Source: Prasinococcaceae sp. CCMP 1430 (lineage: Eukaryota; Plantae; Prasinodermophyta). From it: a stretch of 64,000 bases of DNA. Made by a program: the position numbers and the translations under genes. The stretch lies in the NCBI GenBank assembly GCA_013416795.1, contig RQSC01000025.1, positions 252,137-316,136 on the forward strand. Direction: 5' to 3'. The notes below the pieces were generated by a model. The model was given only the letters and a program-made list of their open reading frames with translations, had not been told where the DNA came from and did no database searches. Below, piece after piece: positions 9,818 through 19,700 of the stretch. How positions within the stretch are numbered: the first letter of the stretch is position 1; each line of letters starts with the position of its first letter.

Positions 9818-12220
9818 ATGCGCGGCGGTGGCGCCCGCGTCTCCAACGAAAGCGCCGACATTCGCTCTGCACGCGCTGGCACATGGTCATGGGTGGCGGA
9901 GGATAGCCGTCAGTGGGGCCGGCAGCAGCCGACAGGGCGGGCAGTAGTGCGAGACCTTGCGGAGGGGGTGGGCGGAAGCGCCACGGTGCACAGTCGCCTC
10001 GGCGAGCAGCCGCGCGCGGCGCGTGAGCGCCCGTACCACCGCCAGAGTGACCGCGCGCAAGGGCATGCACGCTCGCGCGGTATACCCGCGCCCGCTCGCC
10101 ACGCACCCGCTCACCTCGATCGTCCTGATGGCCCGCCGGGCGCCGCCTCTGAGCACCGCCAGTACGCCCGTAGCGCGCACGGCCACGCTCAGGGTGGGCG
10201 CAAGCGAGCGCGCGAAGAGCATGAGCGGCAGTACGGGTACCAGCACGAGCGCCAGCAGCACTGGCGGCAGCGCGGCCCGCCCGTGCACCAGCGGTGGCGG
10301 GAACAGGAGCAGCGGCAGCGGGGGGAAGTCGCCAAAGCACAACAGCGTGCGCAGCGGCAGCGCGACAGCGAAGCCCGCAAGCAGAGGGAGGCCTGCCAAC
10401 GGATCGAGGAAGATTCCTTGGTGTGGATTGGTCCGTGCAAGTCGTGTGGCAAGCCAGTGCGCTGCGCACGCACGCCCGAGGACCCGTCTGCCCTCCGCTG
10501 CAACAACTGCCTCGCGAGGAGGCATGGCCGTGGCGCGCGCTCGCGGACTGCAGGCGCTAGCGGCCGTGCGTCAGGGCACGGCAGCATGCAGCGCCCTGAT
10601 TCTCTACTGCCATTGGTAACAGCACGCGCGCCAGCAGTACCCAGTGCCGGCAAGACGCCGCTGCTCGTGCTTGCGCGCGGGATCGGTCATGCGAGCAAAG
10701 CTGGGCCCGACGGAGGGGTGGGCTCGCACGATCCTGGCGAGCCACGCTGGGAATGGAATTTATCGATGGACGGGCTGTCGCCTGCGGATCTCATGGCAGC
10801 GTGGGAACAAAGCACGCGCGATGATTTGCAGCAGCACTGTCACGTGCGAACTGAGGTCTTCGATGGTGGCGTGAGCAAACGCGCACCGTTCGATCCGCCG
10901 CTTGTGCAGGCGGCAGCCGAGGGGCGCTTGGAGACGGTCAAGGCGCTGCTGGAGGCAGGCTCGCCGGTGGACTTGCGACGCACCTGGTTCGCGCGCCCCC
11001 GCGGTGTGCAAATATCCGGGCATGCGCAGACAGAGGATGAGTGCAAGGACGGGTTGGTTGGCGAAGGCAAAAATAAAGAGGATGGCGAGGATGACAGCCT
11101 TGGTGGTGGTCCTGTCACAGATGACACTGACGCCGGGATGCTTGCCTCCAGCAGCGAGAGGTGCGGCGCAGGACATCCTGGGCGGACCATGTTCCATGGC
11201 GACACGGCGCTGATTGCGGCCGCGCGCCACGGTCACTTGCACGTGGTGACCCATATTCTCGAGTCCGGGGGCGCTACCGCGGCCAACCTACTGGCGCGGT
11301 CGGTGCGCTGTAGGCAAGACGCTCGCTGCGGCTCTGACGGGCTGTACGACCTCGATGTGGCACTGCCCGCAACCGATGCGCTCACCGCCTGTGAGAGGCA
11401 TCCACATGTGGCAGGTGTGATCAAGCCAATAGTGACACTTTTGATGGCAGAGGAGGACGACGACGTCAAGTTTGAGAGAGCGTGGTCGCCCGAGACGGCT
11501 GCCGACAACAAGGCCCGCGCCGCGGAGATGGCTGGGCACGTGGTCGATCTGTGCGCGCCTGACCCACCAAGTGAACTGGCAGAGGAGAGCGCCCCCCAAT
11601 CCCTGGAAGTTCAGGCCAACGACCTGGATGAGCACCACAAGGCCGAAGTGCGTGCCGCCGCCAATAGCGTCCTGAGCGACGCCTCTTTGCTCGCTCCTTT
11701 GGTAGTCAAGGCCACGGCGCATCTCCTTGATAGCGAGGCTCCGGCCTCGAGTGGCCTCCTGTCGCATGCGGGTGCGCAGCGAGTGGTCGAGGATGAGGTC
11801 GCGGCATTTCTACGCGAAAACAGCAACCGCAGGGTAGATTCCATCCAGGATGTGCCGCGCACAGCCAAGTCGCAGGAGCAGGAGCAGATTGCGCCCGGCG
11901 CAGCTAGCGACACCATTGGACGCACGCAGAGCGCTGGCGGTCTGGGCGTCAAGCGCGCGCTCGCCAAGGCGCTGCTGAGCACTTGGAGCCATGCCGAGGC
12001 GTTCACCATCGGCGTATGCGTGAGTTCTGCCATTGATCAGGCGCGCGCCGAGGGCTCGTGCACGAGGCCGGCAGAGTGGGAGCCAGTCAAGTGGCAGAGG
12101 ATTGCCGATGAGCTGCCTCGGCGGTCGTGGGATGAAGTGTACGCAGCGTGGGATGCGCTGGAGGTTGAAGCTAACGCAAATGCTACCTCGGCGGAGCTGG
12201 GCGGGGGGGATCCAGGCTAG
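9818..12220 (+). CDS. Ankyrin-repeat protein with CxxC-CxxC motif and C-terminal SANT/Myb-like segment
   Basis: PPLVQAAAEGRLETVKALLEAG; GDTALIAAARHGHLHVVTHILE; CKSC...CNNC; VKWQRIADELPRRSWDEVYAAW. Long uninterrupted ORF. Confidence 0.7.
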   Translation: MRGGGARVSNESADIRSARAGTWSWVAEDSRQWGRQQPTGRAVVRDLAEGVGGSATVHSRLGEQPRAARERPYHRQSDRAQGHARSRGIPAPARHAPAHLDRPDGPPGAASEHRQYARSAHGHAQGGRKRAREEHERQYGYQHERQQHWRQRGPPVHQRWREQEQRQRGEVAKAQQRAQRQRDSEARKQREACQRIEEDSLVWIGPCKSCGKPVRCARTPEDPSALRCNNCLARRHGRGARSRTAGASGRASGHGSMQRPDSLLPLVTARAPAVPSAGKTPLLVLARGIGHASKAGPDGGVGSHDPGEPRWEWNLSMDGLSPADLMAAWEQSTRDDLQQHCHVRTEVFDGGVSKRAPFDPPLVQAAAEGRLETVKALLEAGSPVDLRRTWFARPRGVQISGHAQTEDECKDGLVGEGKNKEDGEDDSLGGGPVTDDTDAGMLASSSERCGAGHPGRTMFHGDTALIAAARHGHLHVVTHILESGGATAANLLARSVRCRQDARCGSDGLYDLDVALPATDALTACERHPHVAGVIKPIVTLLMAEEDDDVKFERAWSPETAADNKARAAEMAGHVVDLCAPDPPSELAEESAPQSLEVQANDLDEHHKAEVRAAANSVLSDASLLAPLVVKATAHLLDSEAPASSGLLSHAGAQRVVEDEVAAFLRENSNRRVDSIQDVPRTAKSQEQEQIAPGAASDTIGRTQSAGGLGVKRALAKALLSTWSHAEAFTIGVCVSSAIDQARAEGSCTRPAEWEPVKWQRIADELPRRSWDEVYAAWDALEVEANANATSAELGGGDPG

Positions 12221-12437
12221 CGCATCCGTGCAAAACTGGAGGCCATTGTGGAGAGGCAGTACACTCTCCGCTCGACGCTCGCACAGAGTCATAATTTCTA
12301 CGGCACACGCTTGAGCTGGTCACCAAGATCTTGATATAAAAATGGCCATCATACATTTGCAATCATAAGGGCGCGCGCCGTACGCACGCGCGCGCGCGCG
12401 CGCGCACTAGTGTGTGCCTACGCGCCCGGGCGCCCGC

Positions 12438-14479
12438 CTACGTTGGCTTGGCCGCAGGGGTGCTCTGATCGTACAGCGCGAGGAGCGCCGACGACATCTT
12501 GCGCGAGGGGCCCTCGCCGCCTGTCGTCATGCGCACCTTGGCCTCGCCCGCCGCCAGCACGGCGTCGAGCGCCGCTCCTGCGCGGCCCTGCGCGTACGCC
12601 GGATCGGTGACACGTGTGCGATGGCACTTGAATCCTGCCGCAAGCACGTGCGAGAAGGCGGGCACGAACTGGGCCTGCAGGTTTGGCACCCGCGCGTGCG
12701 TATTCATGATGGGGGTTGCGGGGTTTTGGGGGGGGGGTTGGGGGGGGGGGGATATGTGTCAGGTTGCGTCGGCAGCGCGTGAGATGGGGGCGTGTCCAGC
12801 CCTCGCACACGGTCGCACGAGCGACGTGCTGTACGTCTGCTTTTTGCGCGCGCGCACGCGCGCCCAATTGCACGTGCGCGCGCACCTTGCGGCTGACGAG
12901 CGGCCCCACATCGCAGAGCGTCTGGTTGGCGTCCACAGTGGTCCCAGGCGCCTTCATCCCCTCCTTCGCGCACTGGAAGGCGCATCCCGCGAACGCGGTG
13001 GAGGCGAGCGCGTACTCCCTACCACCGCACACGAGCAGTTTGGAGCACTGGTTGACTACATCCACCACGAAGAGGAAGGCGAAGTCGAGCTGCTTGGCCA
13101 CGTCGCCGCCGCCCTTCTCCTTCTTCAGGATCCGCAGCTCAAGTAGCAGCTTGTCGGCGATCGCCAGCACGGGCGCGGTGTCAGTCACTTCGAGCACGCT
13201 GATGCCGAACTTCCACCCGTCGACGGCGAAGTCCTTCTGGTCTCCGCGCACCATCGCGTACGGGCCGAGGCTGACGATCCAGCGCGTCTTGCACCGAAAC
13301 ATCTGCCGCGCGACCTTGTCGGGGCTCTCCACGCCGCCCTGCTTGGCGAGGAGCGCCACGGCGAAGCGATCTGCGTCGGTGGTCGTCACAGACTGCAGGT
13401 TGAGCGTATCCGACAGAATGGCGCACATGAGCAGCCGCGCCACCTCGGGACGCATCTTGGCGCTGAGGCGCACGTAGAGGTGCGCCACGATGGAGCTCAT
13501 GCTCCCCCAGGGTCGCACGTCGATGACGAGCGGCCCGGCGGAGGAGAATCCTTCGGCGAGCGCGTGGTGGTCGATGAGCCCCACGATGCGCTTCGCGCGC
13601 TGCGGGTCTTCCCGCAGCGAAGCCACCATCTGCTTGGGCTCGTTGTGGTCAACGAGGCACACGCCCGCCCGGGTGCCGTCGGTGCGCGGTACGCCCGCGC
13701 CGGGCGTCTCGTCGAAGAGTGGCGGCGTAGGCAGGCGCGCTACCTCCTCCAGCGCGTATACCACCTCGCCATTGAGCTCGCGCTCCGAACGGCACGCCAC
13801 GCCGCCGAAGAGCTCAGCAGCGCCCACAGCGCCCGCCACCGAGTCTAGGTCGGTGTTAATATGGCCCACGAAGCACGCGCCACGCAGCCGGTCATAGGTA
13901 TAGCTCTCCTCGAAGAACGCCGCGGCCGATGGCTCCTTCACCTTGAGTCGCAGCTGCTCGACCAGCGCGGTGCACTGCTTGTCAAACTTCTTGAGCGCCG
14001 CCTGCGTGTCAGTTTCGAGAGCGTGGGCCGCGCCCGAGTGGCCCGCGTCCTTGGCCGCCGCCACGCGCGAGAGGAGCGCCTGCGTGCGGGAGCGCGGGCA
14101 TTCACGCACGCGCGTGTGTGCGAGCAAGTGAGCATGCGGGCACGCACGCATGCGGGCGGGCGGGCGGGTGTGCGGGCGAACGGGCGCGCGCACGTGCGTG
14201 TGCGTGTGTGTATGGTCACGCGCGCGCGCGCGCGCGTGGAATGGCATGGTCAGCGGGCGCGAGAGACACACGCAGGGAGAGCGAATGGAGCCACACGTGT
14301 GACGCGGAAGCGCGAGGAGAAATGAGGCGCACCTGGAAGTCTCCCCACGATTGCCGGCAGCTTGGCGCCGCGTCGGTCAGGCCGCTGTGGCGCGCGTCGC
14401 GCTCGCGCTCACGCGCGCCGCCGTCGTCGGACGAGCCCGGCGAGTGGTCGGCCGAGCCACGCGGCATGTCGACTGGCAT
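12438..14479 (-). CDS. ppaC: Family II Mn-dependent inorganic pyrophosphatase (DHH + DHHA2), PpaC-like; possibly the C-terminal part of the upstream RRM gene
   Basis: GHINTDLDSV, VDHNE, IDHH, PWGSMSSIV, ILSDTLNLQSVTTT and VSRK|AQFVP motifs. Exons 14479(or 14511)-14333, 14079-12886 and 12674-12438, with canonical in-phase GT-AG introns. Confidence 0.88.
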
Positions 14480-14603
14480 GGTAGACCGCCAGCCCGCCCG
14501 CCTGCTCGCACCTGCGGGCGCACACTTCGACCGCACGCACGTAGCCGTGTGCTTCGGCGCGCGCGTGACGCCCGCACAGTGGCGGGCGCGCGCGCGCGCG
14601 CAC

Positions 14604-16194
14604 CCCCGGTCCACAGCCCTCGAGCGCCCGGACATCCACGCCCTCGCCCTCGCCCTCGCCCGCGGCCACGCCCGCCACCAGGACGCGGGGGCTCCTGTGC
14701 GTGCGCATGAGCGCGCACGTGCGCACGCGCGGACACGCATGTGCGCGCGCGAGCAATCCGTCAGTCAAGTCACTGCGCTCGCGAGGTCTGTGTGCGCATT
14801 AGCGCGCACGCCCGTACCGGGATTCCCGCCTCGAAGCGGCGCTTGCGCTCAGCCGCCTCGGCCTCCTTCTTCTTCCGCGTGTCCTCGTCCATGTCCCGCC
14901 AGCGCATCTTCTTCTTCTTCTTCTTCTTGACGCTGCCCTCCCCACCGTCGGCGCTGTGTGCCGTTCCCCCCGCGCGTGTGCGAAGGGACGCCAGCGAGTC
15001 AGCGTCGCGGATTGCGCACGGCGTCGACAAGTGCTCGCACGCGCGCGCGCGCATGCACCCACTCACGCACACGAGGCCTCAAGGCACCGAAGGTCTCTCC
15101 GGTCAAGTTTGTCAGAGCGCGCGCGCACAGATCGCATTGCCCTCGGGCGCGTGGGCGTCGCGCTTCGCGTATGCATCGCCACGCACCCGCCCTCGCCACC
15201 GTGCTCGTCCCTCTCGCGCCTCTTGTGCCTGCCCTCGCCACCCTTCCCCTTGCGCGCGGCAACCGCGGGCCGCTTCTGCGCATCGGGCTCGCCTGAATCC
15301 CCTGCGTGCGCTCGTGGCCACACACACATGTCAGTACGCGCTGGCTAGAGCGCACGTACATGCACGGGCGCAAGCGCGCGGCCACGCACCTCCCTCGTTG
15401 CCGTCGTCAAAGGTGGTGTGGCGATTGGGGCGGTTGCCACCGCCGCCACCCTCGGCCCGGCCGCCGCCCCTCTCGTGCTCACGGTCCTCAGCGCGACGCG
15501 CGCCCGGCGCCCCCGGCGCGTCCCAGTCGCGCGGTGCCGACACGCGCAGGGTGCGCTTGGCCTTGCCCTCGCGCAGCTTCCATCGCTTGCTCCGCTTCAG
15601 CGCGTTGTTGCGCCCTGCCTCGCTGCGGAAGAGCACGAACGCCACACCCTTGCCCTCGCCCGTCAGCCGGTCGCGCACCACGCGTACCGCCTCCACCGCG
15701 AGGTCCTCCACCTCCGCCTCGACCGCAGCACCCTCCCCTTCGACCGCGACGGCGGCCTCGGCCTCGGTCTCGTGCGGCGCGAAGCACGCCACGAGCTCCG
15801 CTTCGGTGGCGTCGAACGGCACGCCGCCGACGAAGACGGTCCGCGCAGCGTCGTACTCGTATTCACCGAAGCCTCCGACGCGCCGTGCGTCAGCGAGATC
15901 CGTGGCCAGCCGCTCGAGGCGCACGACCTTGCCGGCCCCCCCTCCGCCTCCCTCGCTGGTACCCTCGAGCTTTATCCGGCCCGCCGCGAGAGCGGCGGCG
16001 GCAGCCGCCGCATCCTCGAACACCACAAACGCATTGGTGGCGGACGCGCGCGCCGTCTCAACGCCACCGAACGCGCGCGCCAGCCTCGCGACGACGTCCT
16101 CGCGGCGCACGCCGGGCGGGATGCCGCGCGCCACGACAGTGCGCGCGCGCTCATCGTCCGCCTGCCCCTCCAGGGCGGCCGCCGGCCCCGCCAT
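14604..16194 (-). CDS. RRM RNA-binding protein (RBM34/Nop12-like) with poly-K and RGG tract
   Basis: Two RRMs (TVVARGIPPG...NAFVVFED; TVFVGGVPFD...GKGVAFVLF). Exons 16194-15390, 15301-15187, 14953-14818 and 14694-14604, all phase-consistent. KKKKKKK and GRGRGRGRG tracts. No stop codon after splicing the next intron. Confidence 0.75.
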
Positions 16195-16455
16195 GGCGTC
16201 GCCGCGGCCGGCGGCCGCTCGTCCTCGCACTCTCCCCTCCGTGGCGCCGCTGGGTCCCGCCGTCCGCCACCAGCCCACCCCTGGGCGTCACGCGCTCGCC
16301 GTGTGCGCGCCCAAGGCACGCGCGTGCTCCCAAGACGAGGGCGGGCAGGGTGGAAGAGGGAGAGACAGGCGGCGGCCCGCGCTACGAACGCCGCGCACGC
16401 CGGCCGGCGGCTCTCGTGCCCAGCCGCCGGAGCAACGGCGCTCGCGCTCACGCTG

Positions 16456-16463
16456 AACCCTAA
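16456..16463 (+). promoter_or_regulatory. Telo-box-like motif AACCCTAA in the RRM/URB1 bidirectional promoter
   Basis: Near-exact plant telo-box (AAACCCTA) in the AT-rich island between divergent ATGs at 16194 and 16711. Confidence 0.35.
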
Positions 16464-16710
16464 TCACCACGCTCGCACTTCGTGCGTACCATTAGTACCA
16501 TCAGGATGGTACCATCCCCGTACGAACGCCCGAAAACCTCAAATGATGCGATGCGATGCGCCCATGATCAAAGCGAATTGCGTATTCGCGCTGGAACCTC
16601 AACCGGGCGCGCGCGCGGCGGCTGCGGCGGCTGGCGTCGCGAGGTGGCGCCGGCGCCGGCCAAGCAGCGGCGGGGCCGGCGGCTCGGTGTACGTCGCGGC
16701 GGGCGCCGCG

Positions 16711-19700
16711 ATGGCGGGTGCCGCTGTCGGATCCGAGCCCGAGGGCGGCGGGACGATGATGGGCGTCCATGCGGGCGCCGGGCGCGGGGCTGCTGGGCGC
16801 GAGGGGCCGGGGCCGGCGGAGGGCGATGGGTACGCCGGCGCGCCGGCGGCCCCCCTCCCCGTTGCGCCCACCTCTGAGCTGCTCGCGCAGCTTCACTCGC
16901 GCTCGGCGGTGCGTGCCGAGCGCGGCCTAGATGCCCTGCGTGCGGCCGTCGCCGCGTCGCCCGCGGGCGCGCTCAACGAGCTGCTCGTGCGCTCGCCCGC
17001 GCTCGCGGCAATGTGGCGCGCGTGGGACACCCTCGCTGAGGACGCCAAGCACCGCGGCAGCGTCGCCGGGCTGTGCGCAGCCGCGACGGTGCTGCGCTAC
17101 GACCCGCGGGCAGACGCACGCGCGGGCGGCGCAGTGCTCGCTGGTGAAGCGGAGGCGCTCGCTGCACAGCTCGACGCCGTCGCGATGACGCTCGCGCGGC
17201 GCCGCCTGGCGGCGTGCCACGCGGCGCTCGCCAGCACCTCGCGGCTCCGTCAGGGTGCTGCGCTCGCGCTGCTCGCCGCTGCCGCGGCTGGCCGGCCCGC
17301 CGTCGCGCGCGAGCTCGTGCGAGCGGGCGGTCTCGACTTTGGCATCGTGACGTGGCCGAGGCTCGCGTACCACCCGAGAGCGCCCAAGGGTGATGCCGCG
17401 GACGCCCCCGCCGCTACGACCAAACGCAAACGTGGCAGCAGAGGCGGAGGCGCGGGCGGTGACAGCGCCGCGGCTGCCGCAGCGCGATGGTCGCCATCGC
17501 ACCGCTGCATGGGCGCACGTGCGCTGCGTGGGATACCAACGCGCGCGCTCTTCGTCGACCTCGCCCTGGCGCTGCTGCAGCCAGGCGAGGCGTCCCTCGC
17601 GCGCGCGGCGCTTTCGAAAAAGGTGCTCGCCGCAGGTCTGCTGCATGGGCTCGCGCGCGACCCGCCGCGGCGGGCGGCGCTCGCGTTGCGAGCGCTCAGG
17701 GAGGCTGCCCTGGGCGCAGGAGGTAGGCTTGGTGTCGGTGGCGGAGCGGCTGCGGCGCTCGCGGGGACGGCCGCACGCGAGCGGCGCGGCGGCAGTGGCA
17801 GCGGTGACGGCGGAGGTGGTGCCGGCGTGGTGCCATCGCGACTGATGAGCGTCGTGTTCGGCGACGCTGCCATCGAGCAGCTCGCGACAATTGCCGCGCG
17901 CGGCGGCGGTGAGGCGGCCGGAGGTGGCGGTGACGGTAGCGACGGCGACGGCGGCGACGGGGGCAGCGCCTCGAGCGACGAGGCGGTGGCCGCGTATGAG
18001 GCAGCAGCGATCCTCACGGCGCTCCTCACAGACGCATCGTTTGGGCTCGCACCGCCACAGCGCGCGGTGCTGTCGCACACGGGCGTGCGCGGCTGCACGC
18101 GCGCGCTGCGTGTCCTGCGCGCACTGCGCCCGAGCGCATGCGCCGCGCACGCGCGTGTGCTGCTGGGCGCTGCGCGCGCCGCCCCTTGCCTCGCGGCTGC
18201 GTACCTCGCTGAGCTTCCCATGCGCCTCGAGCCGCGCCTTGCGGAGAGGTGGCTAACGTCGATATCCATCGTGGGACAGCTCGTGACTGCTGCCTCGGCG
18301 CAGCCGCCAGGCGCGCACGCGGAAACGCGCGCGGGCGGCGGGTCAGGGGCACTGGCGGCGGCGGCGGGTGGCGTCGGCGCTCGCGAAGGCCGCGGTGCGA
18401 CCCTCTCGTGCCTCGCAGCGGCGGTGCTTCCCCCCGCGGCGTCCAAGGCTGCGCTGAGTCGCGGGCTGCAGCACAGCTCGCTAATGGTGCGATACGCGAC
18501 GGTCGGGCTGCTGCTGCGCTCGCTGGCAGCGTTTGAAGCGGTCTGCGGCGACGGACCACCGGGGGCAGCGGCGCCGAGCGTGCGCACGCGCGCGGGTGAG
18601 GGGCTAGGCCAGGCCTTGCGCGAGCGCCTTCGTGAGCGCCTGCCCGACGCGCAGACTCTTGTGGCAGCGCTCAGCGCCAGCGCGTGTGCGCACGCGACAT
18701 CACTCGACGCTGCTGAGACCTCTCATCGCCCAGCGTTGCTCCGTAGCCGCCTGCTTGAGCTGTTCTCGCGGTTGGCCATCTCCTTTCCCGAGGTGATCGC
18801 GGACGCCAAGCTCGATGCAGCCAGGCTTCTTCCCGCGCACGCTGGCGCGGCACCCCTCGGCGAATGCGTAGCGGCCGTGCGGCTATTGCGCGCCGTGAGC
18901 GCTCCAGGCTCTGGTGAAAGCGTGAGCGCGGGTGTGAGCGGCGGGGGGGTTCATAGGGCGCTGAGCGCGCACGCAGCTCTCGCGGCCTTGCGCACGATGC
19001 GAGGTACGCGCGTGGCGTGGCTGCACGACCAAGCGCGCGCGGTGGTCGTCGACGCGCTGCACGCGAGCGGAGCGTGTGTCGAAGGCTCGGGCGAGGCGAT
19101 GCTGTGGCTAGATGCGGTGCCTCCCAGTAGCAACGCTATGGCTACTGCAGCTGAGGAGGACGCGTGGGACGAATCGGACGCGTCGTGCGCAGTACTTGCC
19201 TTTTTCGCGCAGAGTGTGGCGGCAGCGATCAAGCGTGCGGGTGGCGGACTTGATGCCGACGAGGGCGGCGAGGGCGGCGCGAGTGCTCTCTCGCGCGTGG
19301 TGCTTTGCGCGGCGCTGAGATATTGCTCGCCGGCCAGCACGACTCGCACGAGGGAGCAACGCTGTGCGGTGGCGTGCTATGCCGCGAGCGTGCTCGCATT
19401 GTTGTTGCACCGCTCGCACGCTCTGGAAAGGCCCGCCCTCGCAACTGCATGGCTCGAAAGCGTGCGCGAGGAAGACGAGCCAACGCTTGCGGATGTCGAC
19501 GTATGTGGTGCGCTCAAGCTGCTGCGCATGCATTGCCGAGCGGCTATGTCGGAGCAACCAACCGAAGAGGCGAGCATTTTGATGCGCTCCGTCGACGAGG
19601 CGCGCGCGACGGAGGCGCGCTGCTGTGAGCTGCTGCGCAAGGCGCCCGTTCGCTGCCTGCCGGCGTACTTCGACCCACTGCGACCGAGACAGCTTCACGC

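Noticed and set aside
14409-14768. Alternative RRM-like frame (RVLVAGVAAGEGEGEG...) as the last exon of the RRM gene
   Set aside because: The phases of the flanking canonical splice sites select the RGG frame instead.
15418-16710. N-terminal ~430 aa of the 2584-aa ORF
   Set aside because: It is antisense to the RRM gene plus promoter DNA, open only because of high GC. URB1 likely starts at ATG 16711.
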